From positions 41,436 to 105,435 of the forward strand of contig CALXBK010000003.1 in assembly GCA_944386545.1 (NCBI GenBank): 64,000 nt of DNA, read 5' to 3'. The notes beneath the pieces were generated by a model that had not been told where the DNA came from, did no database searches, and saw nothing but the letters and a program-made list of their open reading frames with translations. Below, in pieces: positions 40,611 through 49,363 of the stretch (position 1 is the first letter of the stretch; every line of letters starts with the position of its first letter). This stretch comes from an uncultured Ruminiclostridium sp. (GTDB lineage: Bacteria > Bacillota > Clostridia > Oscillospirales > Ruminococcaceae). A program made the position numbers and the translations under genes.

Positions 40611-40929
40611 TTTTGTTCTCCTTTTTTCCCTCTATGATAAGCGTTGACAATCCCGCAAGCGTAATTATCCTGCGGGCGCAGGGCGAGGGATTTTTTACTG
40701 CGACCGCCCCGCCGTAGCTTTCGGTTATGCGCTGTCTGCCGAGTATCAGACCTATACCGGAGCTGTCCATAAAGGTTACTCCCGACATATCGAAAATAAG
40801 CAAGGACGGAGTTTGCCTTTCAAGGGCAAAATCAATCTCCGTGCGTATCTGCGCCGCCGCATGATGGTCAATTTCTCCCGTTATCACTGCAACAATGCCG
40901 TTATCGCGGGAGATAAGCTCAACACTCAT
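40597..40929 (-). CDS. spoIIAA: Anti-sigma F factor antagonist SpoIIAA (STAS domain)
   Basis: A STAS fold with the phospho-serine region FMDSSGIG. The start is ambiguous between 40938 and 40929, and the second ATG has the better SD spacing. Confidence 0.9.
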   Translation of the reverse strand: MSVELISRDNGIVAVITGEIDHHAAAQIRTEIDFALERQTPSLLIFDMSGVTFMDSSGIGLILGRQRITESYGGAVAVKNPSPCARRIITLAGLSTLIIEGKKENKNEAR

Positions 40930-40998
40930 TTTTTTCATTCCTTTCGTTACAGCCTGTCCTGTTTATATAGTATAATAGCACCGCATTGCCGAAAATCC

Positions 40999-41005
40999 TG
41001 TCGAA
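40999..41005 (+). promoter_or_regulatory. Possible Spo0A box (TGTCGAA) upstream of spoIIAA
   Basis: An exact 0A-box heptamer lies about 65 nt upstream of the spoIIAA start. This is a single 7-mer, so chance cannot be excluded. Confidence 0.3.
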
Positions 41006-41119
41006 ATAAAAAAGCCGCCCGTGTATACGGACGACAAAATTCTATGTAATTCTTAAAGTAAAAAAAGCGGCGATATTCGGAATTTAAAGGCCGTGCCTTT
41101 AAATTCCGAGCGACATGCC

Positions 41120-41150
41120 AAAAAAATCCACCCCCGTTTTCACGGGGGTG
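41120..41150 (-). terminator. Flagellin terminator
   Basis: On the minus strand CACCCCCG-tgaaaa-CGGGGGTG is followed by GATTTTTTT. A second 13-bp hairpin (GGAATTTAAAGGC-cgt-GCCTTTAAATTCC) lies just beyond it, at about 41082-41110. Confidence 0.8.
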
Positions 41151-41223
41151 AACCTATCAAGTCATTAATTTAACATTAAGCCCTGAATATTAATCAGTAG
41201 TTTTACAACTTCAAGCAATCAGA

Positions 41224-42840
41224 TTACTGGAGAAGCTGGAGAACTGCCTGAGGCTGCTGGTTAGCCTGAGCGAGCATAGCCTGAGAAGCCTGCTGGAGAA
41301 TGTTGTACTTGGTGTAGTTAATCATCTCGGTAGCCATGTCTGTATCTCTGATCTGAGATTCAGCTGCTGTGAGGTTCTCGTTGGTTGTTGTCAGGTTATT
41401 AACAGTGTACTCAAGTCTGTTCTGAAGAGCACCAAGACCTGCTCTCTGCATGGAAACGGTCTTAACCGCATCGTCTACCATTTCGATAGCTCTGTTTGCA
41501 GCGTCCTGAGTAGAAACGTCTGCATTAGCTACGCCGATGGAAGAAGAAGACATATCATCAACAGAAAGGGTTACTCTCTGGTCTTCAACGCCGTTAGCGC
41601 CAATCTGGAAGGTAAGACCCTTGCCTGTGCTGCCTACGCTCTCTTTGCCAACGCCTGCGCCGTCAGTAATTGTAACTTCTACTTCTGTGGCGGCAACATT
41701 GAAGAGAACCTTGCCGTCTGTACTGCCGTCAGGATTCTGAGTATCGGTGAGCTTAACATCATAATCATAGCCAGCTTCCTTGAGGATAGCTTCAATATCA
41801 GCCTCGGTGTACTCAACACCTGTAGCGAGAGAAAGTGTAACCTCAGCACCTGCTGTATCAGTAGCCGCCGTTGTAACAGTAACACCCTCCTTACCTGCTG
41901 CAACGTTTGCATTAACGGTAATCTTAGAAGGCATCTTTGTAGAAACTGCTGTACCGTAAGTATTAGCTGTGAAAGTGATAGTATCAGAAGAACCGATTCC
42001 TGCACTTGTGCCGTTACCAACAATAGTAGCGAGAGAAGCTGTACCCGTTGCTCTTAAACCTGCAACTGTAGCACCTGTATCAGCAGTATCCGCAGTTACA
42101 ACACCGTTAGCAAGAGTAAGGGTGATTTCAGCGGGAGCGTTTGTAGCTGCCTTAACCTGTGTAGCATTCTCAATAAGAGTGTCAATCTGCTTCTGAGTAT
42201 AGGTTTCGCCTGCTGCGAGGTTAAGAGTAAGCTCTTTACCTTCATCATCCCAGATAGCGTTTTCGCCGCCCTTGCCTGATGCGTCTGTTGCTATCAAAAC
42301 TTTAACACCAACAACATTAGAAGTAAGAATGGAGCCCTTGAGAGCATCATCAGTTGTGCTAACTATACCGAACTTAGCGCCGAACTCATTGTTAGCGCCG
42401 CCGGTACCGAGAGAACCGTCGAGCAGCTTCATGCCGTTGTACTCGGTAGAAGAAGCAATTCTGTCGATTTCGCTCTTAAGAGCGTCAACCTCGAGCTGGA
42501 TAGCCTCACGGTCTGTTTCATCCTGGTATGTACCGTTAGCGGACTGAACTGCAAGCTCTCTCATTCTCTGGAGAATTGCGTGAGTTTCGTTCAAACCACC
42601 TTCAGCGGTCTGGATAAGGGAGATACCGTCGTTAGCATTCTTTGTAGCCTGAGAAAGACCACGGATCTGTGAACGCATCTTCTCGGAGATAGCAAGACCT
42701 GCGGCGTTGTCGCCTGCACGGTTGATCTGATAACCGGAAGACAGCTTTTCGGTAGCCTTCTTGGTACCGGAAACGTTCATCACCATCTTGTTGTTCGCAT
42801 TGATTGCGTTGAGGTTGTGTTGTACTACTAAACCTGCCAT
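41224..42840 (-). CDS. fliC: Flagellin (538 aa, large Thr/Ala/Gly-rich central variable domain)
   Basis: Conserved N-terminus (MAGLVVQHNLNAINANNKM..SSGYQINRAGDNAAGLAISEKMR) and C-terminus (..LQNRLEYTVNNL..DTDMATEM..ILQQASQAMLAQANQ). I set the start at MAGLVV after AAGGAGGAAAATACA. Confidence 0.95.
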   Translation of the reverse strand: MAGLVVQHNLNAINANNKMVMNVSGTKKATEKLSSGYQINRAGDNAAGLAISEKMRSQIRGLSQATKNANDGISLIQTAEGGLNETHAILQRMRELAVQSANGTYQDETDREAIQLEVDALKSEIDRIASSTEYNGMKLLDGSLGTGGANNEFGAKFGIVSTTDDALKGSILTSNVVGVKVLIATDASGKGGENAIWDDEGKELTLNLAAGETYTQKQIDTLIENATQVKAATNAPAEITLTLANGVVTADTADTGATVAGLRATGTASLATIVGNGTSAGIGSSDTITFTANTYGTAVSTKMPSKITVNANVAAGKEGVTVTTAATDTAGAEVTLSLATGVEYTEADIEAILKEAGYDYDVKLTDTQNPDGSTDGKVLFNVAATEVEVTITDGAGVGKESVGSTGKGLTFQIGANGVEDQRVTLSVDDMSSSSIGVANADVSTQDAANRAIEMVDDAVKTVSMQRAGLGALQNRLEYTVNNLTTTNENLTAAESQIRDTDMATEMINYTKYNILQQASQAMLAQANQQPQAVLQLLQ

Positions 42841-43010
42841 TGTATTTTCCTCCTTGAATATTCCTCCGAAATCCTTTCCGAAGGGTTGTACCCTTGTTAG
42901 GGATTTGTGTTGTGCCGGCTCCGTATTGCGCATTACAGAGCCGAGTGGTGTTCGTTTTGCAAAACACTCACGGCTTGCGCCGTAAAAGGCTTCTTGCCTT
43001 TACATAAGTT

Positions 43011-43037
43011 ATATCGGCACTCCCCCAAAAAACTTTA
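43011..43037 (-). promoter_or_regulatory. Sigma-D (sigma-28) promoter of the flagellin gene
   Basis: On the minus strand TAAA-15 nt-GCCGATAT is an exact match to the Bacillus-type sigma-D consensus. Confidence 0.8.
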
Positions 43038-43276
43038 GTAAAAAAATCAAAATTGTATATTTTTGCTGTAATAGGGTGCGCTTTTTTGTAGGTTTATACA
43101 ACAAACGCATTACTTTGTTACATTAACTGCCGTTAAATTTGGATTTCTGCGGAAAAACGGGAAGGAAAACGGCTAAAAACAGTCATATCCGCATTGCTTT
43201 ATACTATCTTAATATAAGGGGAGTTTTCGGCGCTTGAAATCCGTAACTTTAAAAAAAGGTAATTTTGCGGGAAATA

Positions 43277-43310
43277 TTTTTGCAAGTTTCATTTAATTAA
43301 CTTGCAAAAA
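43277..43310. promoter_or_regulatory. Perfect 12-bp inverted repeat (TTTTTGCAAGTT-10 nt-AACTTGCAAAAA) abutting the -35 of the glutamate synthase promoter
   Basis: Read directly from the sequence. It ends 4 nt before TTGACA. No transcription unit converges on it that it would need to terminate, so I call it a candidate operator. Confidence 0.45.
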
Positions 43311-43314
43311 TCTA

Positions 43315-43343
43315 TTGACAATTCGCTTAACCTATGGTATAAT
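43315..43343 (+). promoter_or_regulatory. Sigma-A promoter of the split glutamate synthase operon
   Basis: TTGACA-17 nt-TATAAT matches the consensus perfectly. A leader of about 205 nt follows. Confidence 0.7.
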
Positions 43344-43556
43344 ACACGGTGTAGTCAGTCAGACTACAGGCAATTCACGAAACAGGACCGTTTCAGATGA
43401 CCGTTTTACTGAATGTTTTAAAAACTTGGGTGCAGATTTTTACTTTAAATTACAGCCGAAAGGCTTGTAGCAAAACGGAGCTGTTGCCTGCATTTTTGTC
43501 TTTTGGGGACAAATGCGGGCAGGTCAAAAACTAATTTACCGAACAGGAGTGAGCTT

Positions 43557-44654
43557 ATGCTGGAAAAAGAAGGTCAGGTAAGAATACCTGCCGGATGTGC
43601 CATTTCGGGCTTTATCAGCAGGGACGGCAACCGAATATGCGGCGACAAAATCGTAAAATCCATCTCGTATATGCACGACAGATCCAACGGTCTGGGCGGC
43701 GGCTTTGCAGGCTACGGCATATATCCCGAATACAAGGAGCAGTACGCCTTCCACATTTTCTATGATTCAAACGAATCAAGAGTAGAAACCGAGAGATTTT
43801 TGGACAGGCACTTTGATGTGGTCAACCTTTCAAGAATACCCACAAGAAAGCATCCGAACATTACACACGAGCCGCTTATCTGGAGATACTTCGTCACTCC
43901 TCTCCCCACAAAGCTCGCGGAAAGCCAGCTTGACGAAAGAGAGTTTGCAGCGCAGTGCGTTATCAACATAAATGACAGAATTAAAGGCTCTTATGTCTTT
44001 TCAAGCGGAAAGAACATGGGCGTATTCAAAGCGGTCGGCTATCCCGAGGACGTCGGTGAGTTCTACCGTCTGGAGGAATATGCGGGCTATGCATGGACGG
44101 CTCACGGCAGATACCCCACAAACACACCGGGCTGGTGGGGCGGCGCACACCCGTTTGCTCTGCTTGATTACACAATAGTTCACAACGGAGAGATTTCCTC
44201 CTATGACGCGAACAGAAGATACATAGAAATGTTCGGCTACAAGTGCAATCTGCTCACCGATACCGAGGTTATCACCTACATCATAGATTACCTCAACAGA
44301 AAACTCAATATAGGCCTTGAGGATATTGCAAAAATTATCGCCGCACCGTTCTGGAGCGAGATAGAATCCGGCAGGTACAGCAACGAGGAAAGAGAAAAGC
44401 TGAAATATTTCAGAAATGTTTTCTCAAGCTTGCTTATCACAGGTCCTTTCTCCATAATACTCGGCTTTGAGGGAGGACTTATGGCGCTTAACGACAGACT
44501 TAAGCTGCGCTCGATGGTTGCCGCCGAAAAGGACGACATGGTTTACCTTGCGAGTGAGGAATGTGCGATAAGGGCAATCTGCCCCGAGCTTGACAGAATA
44601 TGGTCGCCCAGAGGCGGCGAGCCGGTAATCGTCAAGCTTAACGAGAAGAAGTAA
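43557..44654 (+). CDS. Class-II glutamine amidotransferase subunit of split (archaeal-type) glutamate synthase
   Basis: It is GltB-domain-1-like, with an N-terminal nucleophile context ..PAGCAISGF and ..HGRYPTNT... I set the start at the ATG after CAGGAG. Confidence 0.8.
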   Translation: MLEKEGQVRIPAGCAISGFISRDGNRICGDKIVKSISYMHDRSNGLGGGFAGYGIYPEYKEQYAFHIFYDSNESRVETERFLDRHFDVVNLSRIPTRKHPNITHEPLIWRYFVTPLPTKLAESQLDEREFAAQCVININDRIKGSYVFSSGKNMGVFKAVGYPEDVGEFYRLEEYAGYAWTAHGRYPTNTPGWWGGAHPFALLDYTIVHNGEISSYDANRRYIEMFGYKCNLLTDTEVITYIIDYLNRKLNIGLEDIAKIIAAPFWSEIESGRYSNEEREKLKYFRNVFSSLLITGPFSIILGFEGGLMALNDRLKLRSMVAAEKDDMVYLASEECAIRAICPELDRIWSPRGGEPVIVKLNEKK

Positions 44655-44668
44655 AGGAGCGTTAAAAA

Positions 44669-46174
44669 GTGGCACTTAATTATTTTCAGCCTTTATTCGA
44701 TGTTATCAGAGATAAAGATCGCTGTATCAAATGCCGTGCGTGCGAAAGGCAATGTGCAAACGAGGTTCATCACTACGACGCAGAGCTTGATAAGATGATT
44801 TCAAACAGCCAGACCTGCGTTGACTGCCAGAGATGCGTCTGCATTTGTCCCACAAGCGCGCTTAAAATAACAGACAACCCCAACAAGTTCAGAAACAACT
44901 CCAACTGGAGCCAGAGGGTAATGACCGAGGTTTACAAGCAGGCGGAAACGGGCGGCGTACTGCTCTGTGCAATGGGCAACCCCAAGGAATACCCCGTTTA
45001 CTGGGATAAAATCCTGCTCAACGCCTCGCAGGTGACAAACCCTCCCATAGACCCTTTGCGTGAGCCTATGGAAACGAGAGTTTTCTTGGGCAAAAAGCCG
45101 AGGAGCGTTACCTTTAAGGAGGACGGGAGCATTGACACAAAGATAACTCCCACACTTGAGCTTTCCACTCCCATTATGTTCTCGGCAATGTCCTACGGCT
45201 CAATCAGCCGCAACGCTCACGAGAGCCTTGCAAGAGCCGCTGCAGAGCTGGGCATTTACTACAATACGGGAGAGGGCGGTCTTCACAAGGATTTTTACAA
45301 GTACGGTCCGAATACAATAGTACAGGTGGCATCGGGGCGCTTCGGCGTATTCAAGGATTACCTTGAAACCGGCGCAGCGATAGAAATTAAGATGGGGCAG
45401 GGTGCAAAGCCCGGTATCGGCGGACATCTTCCCGGTGCGAAAATACTTGAAGATGTTTCTAAAACAAGAATGATTCCCATGGGTACGGACGCAATTTCTC
45501 CCGCGCCTCATCACGATATTTACTCCATAGAGGATTTAAGACAGCTTGTATTTTCGCTCAAAGAGGCGACAGAGTACAAAAAGCCGATAATAGTAAAGAT
45601 TGCGGCGGTGCACAACGTTGCGGCCATCGCATCGGGCATCGCCCGTTCGGGTGCGGATATTATTGCAATAGACGGTTACAGAGGCGGTACGGGTGCGGCT
45701 CCCACAAGAATAAGAGATAATGTGGGTATCCCAATTGAGCTTGCGCTCGCAAGCGTAGACCAAAGACTGCGTGACGAGGGAATAAGAAACGAGGTTTCCG
45801 TTGTAGTCGCAGGCTCGGTTCGTTCAAGCTCTGATGTCGTAAAGGCTATCGCACTCGGTGCGGACGCCTGCTACATAGGCACGGCGGCTCTGCTTGCGCT
45901 CGGCTGTCACCTTTGCAGAAGCTGTCAGACGGGCAAGTGTAACTGGGGTATCGCAACTCAGCGCCCCGACCTTGTAAAAAGACTTAACCCCAACATCGGC
46001 TATCATCGCCTTGTCAACCTTGTTCATGCGTGGGATCACGAAATCAAGGAAATGATAGGCGGCATGGGCATCAACTCAATAGAAGCGTTAAGAGGCAACC
46101 GCCTCATGCTCAGAGGTATCGGGCTAAACGAGAAGGAGCTGGAAATTCTCGGTATCCGGCACGCAGGACAATGA
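44669..46174 (+). CDS. Glutamate synthase FMN/Fe-S central domain subunit with N-terminal 2x[4Fe-4S] ferredoxin module
   Basis: Ferredoxin cysteine motifs CIKCRACERQC and CVDCQRCVCICP are present. GltS FMN-domain motifs are also present (KMGQGAKPGIGGHLPG, IAIDGYRGGTGAAP). It uses a GTG start after AAGGAG. Confidence 0.85.
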   Translation: MALNYFQPLFDVIRDKDRCIKCRACERQCANEVHHYDAELDKMISNSQTCVDCQRCVCICPTSALKITDNPNKFRNNSNWSQRVMTEVYKQAETGGVLLCAMGNPKEYPVYWDKILLNASQVTNPPIDPLREPMETRVFLGKKPRSVTFKEDGSIDTKITPTLELSTPIMFSAMSYGSISRNAHESLARAAAELGIYYNTGEGGLHKDFYKYGPNTIVQVASGRFGVFKDYLETGAAIEIKMGQGAKPGIGGHLPGAKILEDVSKTRMIPMGTDAISPAPHHDIYSIEDLRQLVFSLKEATEYKKPIIVKIAAVHNVAAIASGIARSGADIIAIDGYRGGTGAAPTRIRDNVGIPIELALASVDQRLRDEGIRNEVSVVVAGSVRSSSDVVKAIALGADACYIGTAALLALGCHLCRSCQTGKCNWGIATQRPDLVKRLNPNIGYHRLVNLVHAWDHEIKEMIGGMGINSIEALRGNRLMLRGIGLNEKELEILGIRHAGQ

Positions 46175-46194
46175 TGAAACGGGAGGGTACTTAA

Positions 46195-46629
46195 ATGAAA
46201 AAGGTTTATGTAAACGAAGAATGGTGTCTTGCGTGCCATCTGTGCGAATACTACTGCGCCGCCGCAAACAGCGGAGCGGAGAACATGATTAAGGCGTTCG
46301 CAAACGGCAAGAAGCCTATTTCCGCCATTCAGGTGGAGGAGAGCGACAGTATAAATTTTGCCGTGCAGTGCCGCCACTGCCCCGTTCCGCTTTGCGTAAA
46401 GAGCTGTATCACCGGTGCGCTTTCCGTAAAGGACGGAGTCGTTTCCTGCGACGAGAGCCGCTGTGTAGGCTGTTACACCTGTGTGCTTGCCTGCCCTTAC
46501 GGCTGTATTGTCACCTCGGAACAGTCAAAGGTTATTCGCAAGTGCGACTTATGCACCAAGAACAACAACGGCGATCCTGTCTGCGTAAAGGGCTGTCCCA
46601 ACAGGGCTATCGTCTTTGAGGAAAGATAA
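46195..46629 (+). CDS. 4Fe-4S dicluster protein
   Basis: Multiple CxxCxxCxxxCP-type motifs are present (CVGCYTCVLACP, CRHCPVPLCVKSC). Confidence 0.8.
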   Translation: MKKVYVNEEWCLACHLCEYYCAAANSGAENMIKAFANGKKPISAIQVEESDSINFAVQCRHCPVPLCVKSCITGALSVKDGVVSCDESRCVGCYTCVLACPYGCIVTSEQSKVIRKCDLCTKNNNGDPVCVKGCPNRAIVFEER

Positions 46630-46641
46630 GGGGGAGCGAAG

Positions 46642-47874
46642 ATGAAAAAGTATGTTATCATAGGAAACTCCGCCGCGGCTATCGGCGCAGTACAGGGAAT
46701 ACGCTCGGTTGATACCGAGGGTATGATTACCGTTATCAGCGACGAGCCGTACCACACCTATTCAAGACCGCTTATCAGCTACTGGCTTGAGGGAAAGGTT
46801 ACGGACGAAAAGATATATTACAGAGAGCCTGATTTTTACGAAAAAAACAACGTTATGACGATGTTCGGCACAAGAGCCGTTGCAATCGGCGGCGGCTATG
46901 TTACGCTTGCCAACGGCGGCAAGGTGCAGTATGACAAGCTCCTTGTAGCGACAGGCTCAAAGCCCTTTGTTCCTCCCATGGCGGGCCTTGAAGATGTAAA
47001 GGACAAATTCACCTTTATGACCTGGGACAGCGCAAAGGCAATAAAGGAAAAGGTTACAAGCGGCACTAAGGTGCTTATCATAGGTGCGGGACTTATCGGC
47101 TTGAAGTGCGCCGAGGCTCTTTATCACCTTGAAGCAGACATCACCGTGGTTGACCTTGCAGACAGAATTTTACCGAGTATTCTTGATGTGCGTGCAGGAC
47201 AGATTATGCAAAAGCATATCGAAAGCAAGGGCACAAAATTCATCTTAGGCACAAGCGTCGAGCAGTTTTCTGAGCACAGCGCAAAGCTGACAAACGGCGA
47301 TACGGTTGACTTTGACATTGTGGTAATTGCCGTGGGTGTACGCCCCAACACCGAGCTTGTAAGCGAGGCGGGCGGCAAGGTAGAAAAGGGTATTATCACC
47401 GACCTTACACAGAAAACGACTATCCCCGATGTTTATGCGGCAGGCGACTGCACGGTAAGCTATGATAGCTCGTCCGATACGCAGAAAATACTCGCACTTC
47501 TGCCCAATGCCTTTATGCAGGGCGAGGTTGCGGGAAAAAACATGGCGGGTGAGGAAACGGTTTACTTAAACGCAATCCCGATGAACGCAATAGGCTTCTA
47601 CGGACTTCACATAATCACTGCGGGAAGCTATGACGGACAGGCAGATGTTACCGAGAACGAGGAAAAGGAGCAGTACAAGAAGCTCGTGTTCAAGGACGGT
47701 CTGCTCAAGGGCTACATACTCATGGGAGATGTGGCGAGAGCAGGTATCTACACCTCGATGATAAGGGAGAGAATACCTCTTGAGGATGTGGATATTGAGC
47801 TACTCAGAACCCGTCCTCAGATGATGATGTTCGGCAAGGCGAGGCGAGATGAAAAGCTTGCGGGGAAAATGTAG
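46642..47874 (+). CDS. FAD/NAD(P)-dependent pyridine-nucleotide-disulfide-family oxidoreductase (probable electron-input subunit)
   Basis: Two Rossmann motifs (VIIGNSAAAIGA and LIIGAGLIGLKCAE), plus AAGDC. Confidence 0.8.
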   Translation: MKKYVIIGNSAAAIGAVQGIRSVDTEGMITVISDEPYHTYSRPLISYWLEGKVTDEKIYYREPDFYEKNNVMTMFGTRAVAIGGGYVTLANGGKVQYDKLLVATGSKPFVPPMAGLEDVKDKFTFMTWDSAKAIKEKVTSGTKVLIIGAGLIGLKCAEALYHLEADITVVDLADRILPSILDVRAGQIMQKHIESKGTKFILGTSVEQFSEHSAKLTNGDTVDFDIVVIAVGVRPNTELVSEAGGKVEKGIITDLTQKTTIPDVYAAGDCTVSYDSSSDTQKILALLPNAFMQGEVAGKNMAGEETVYLNAIPMNAIGFYGLHIITAGSYDGQADVTENEEKEQYKKLVFKDGLLKGYILMGDVARAGIYTSMIRERIPLEDVDIELLRTRPQMMMFGKARRDEKLAGKM

Positions 47875-47902
47875 TCAAGGCGGATAACGGAGGAATGTCA
47901 GT

Positions 47903-48625
47903 ATGATTATAAATGCAAACGAGGTCGGATATTACGATCTTAACAAGACAATAGTTGCAAGCACGGACACTGAAATCACCGTAAAGAATGCCATGGGACA
48001 GCGTTACATAGGCTGCGGCGTTGCAGGAAAGCGCATTACGGTGGAGGGTACTCCCGGAAACGCTCTGGGCGCATACCTTGACGGAAGCAGGATTGTCGTA
48101 TACGGAAACGGGCAGGACGCAATAGGCGACACCATGAACAACGGCGAGATAATCGTCCACGGAAGCTGCGGCGATACCACGGGCTACGCAATGCGCTCCG
48201 GCAAAATTTTTATCAAGGGCAACGCAGGCTACCGTGTAGGCATCCATATGAAGGAATATCACGAATTTTTCCCGAAAATCGTGATAGGCGGCAAGGTGGG
48301 AGATTTCCTCGGCGAATATCAGGCGGGCGGCATTATCATAGTGCTGGGCATAGGCTGTGACGGCAAGGCGCCGGTAGGCTCGTTCTGCGGCACGGGTATG
48401 CACGGCGGCAGGATGTTTATCCGCAGCGACGAGATTCCCGCAGGACTTCCCGTTCAGGTTTCCTGCACAGAGGCAACCGACGAGGATAAGGCTTCCATTG
48501 ATGAATATGTAGCGGAATTTGCAGAGAATTTCGGCTATGACAAGTCGGAGCTTTTAAGCGGTAAATTCTATAAGCTTACCCCCAACACGGCAAGCCCCTA
48601 CAAACAGCTTTACACGCACAACTGA
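47903..48625 (+). CDS. GXGXG-motif subunit (GltB C-terminal beta-helix domain)
   Basis: Repeated beta-helix turns are visible (GQRYIGCG.., VYGNGQDAIG, VHGSCGDTTG, IKGNAGYRVG). Confidence 0.85.
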   Translation: MIINANEVGYYDLNKTIVASTDTEITVKNAMGQRYIGCGVAGKRITVEGTPGNALGAYLDGSRIVVYGNGQDAIGDTMNNGEIIVHGSCGDTTGYAMRSGKIFIKGNAGYRVGIHMKEYHEFFPKIVIGGKVGDFLGEYQAGGIIIVLGIGCDGKAPVGSFCGTGMHGGRMFIRSDEIPAGLPVQVSCTEATDEDKASIDEYVAEFAENFGYDKSELLSGKFYKLTPNTASPYKQLYTHN

Positions 48626-48702
48626 TTTTCTTCGCCGCTTTGACGGAAAGGGCGGCGGGAAGAGGGAGCTTTACGACAACAGACATACGGTATGGTGGCA
48701 GA

Positions 48703-49281
48703 ATGAATGTTTTGATTGCAGGCAAAACCCCCGAGGTGTGCGAAAGCATATCTCAGCTCTTACAGGAGCTTGAATGTGAAAATATCAGCACCTTCACAAG
48801 CGGCACGATGGTAAGAGGAGTGAATATCGAACACTATGACAGCGTTGTTATCTCAACCCCTCTGTCCGACGAATTTGGTCTGGATCTCGTTGCGGATCTG
48901 GCGCGTGACGCAAGGTGCAGTATCGTTGTGCTGGCAAAGCGCGAGATAGCCGACGAGGTGCAGAAAAAGCTCAACTTTACAGGAGCGTTCGTGCTGTCAA
49001 GACCGTTTGGCAAAGCGGTGCTGATAAACACGATAAAGCTGTCGCAGGTTGCCCATGTGTCGATGGCAAAGTTAGAGGAAGAAAAGCGCCAATTGACACA
49101 GCAGATAAGCGACCTGAAGCTTATCAACCGTGCAAAGACAACGCTTATGGAATATCTTAATCTCTCGGAGGAGCAGGCTCACAGGCATATACAGAAACAA
49201 GCCATGGATTTAAGAAAAACCCAGAGAGCCATCGCCGAGGATATTTTAAAAACGTACAGCAATTCAAAGGAACAACAGTAA
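48703..49281 (+). CDS. ANTAR-domain RNA-binding regulator with a pseudo-receiver N-terminal domain
   Basis: The ANTAR helix region is LINRAKTTLMEYLNLSEEQAHRHIQKQAMDLRKTQRAIAEDIL. The N-terminal receiver-like fold lacks the acidic pocket (MNVLIAGKT.., ..VVISTPLSDE). I set the start at the ATG at 48703. Confidence 0.8.
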   Translation: MNVLIAGKTPEVCESISQLLQELECENISTFTSGTMVRGVNIEHYDSVVISTPLSDEFGLDLVADLARDARCSIVVLAKREIADEVQKKLNFTGAFVLSRPFGKAVLINTIKLSQVAHVSMAKLEEEKRQLTQQISDLKLINRAKTTLMEYLNLSEEQAHRHIQKQAMDLRKTQRAIAEDILKTYSNSKEQQ

Positions 49282-49363
49282 TACATGCGGCGAGCCGCAA
49301 TATACAGAAATATTTTCAACAAAGCAAATCCCCCGTTTCGTTATGAAGCGGGGGCTTGCTGTT

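Noticed and set aside
40939-41000. Sigma-H promoter for spoIIA. The minus strand reads CAGGATTTT, which resembles the -35 RNAGGAWWW.
   Set aside because: No GAAT-type -10 element lies at the required 11-12-nt spacing. Only the single Spo0A-box heptamer is reported, at low confidence.
41679-42023. 114-aa alternative-frame ORF inside the flagellin gene, plus other internal ORFs there
   Set aside because: These are shadow frames of the repetitive Thr/Ala-rich flagellin variable region, with no independent signals.
43344-43556. Canonical ANTAR target: two tandem hairpins with hexaloops carrying A1 and G4
   Set aside because: The hairpins present have 5- or 7-nt loops, or a hexaloop AGGACC with A rather than G at position 4. 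I therefore cannot claim the canonical dual-hexaloop motif, and I report only a generic structured leader.
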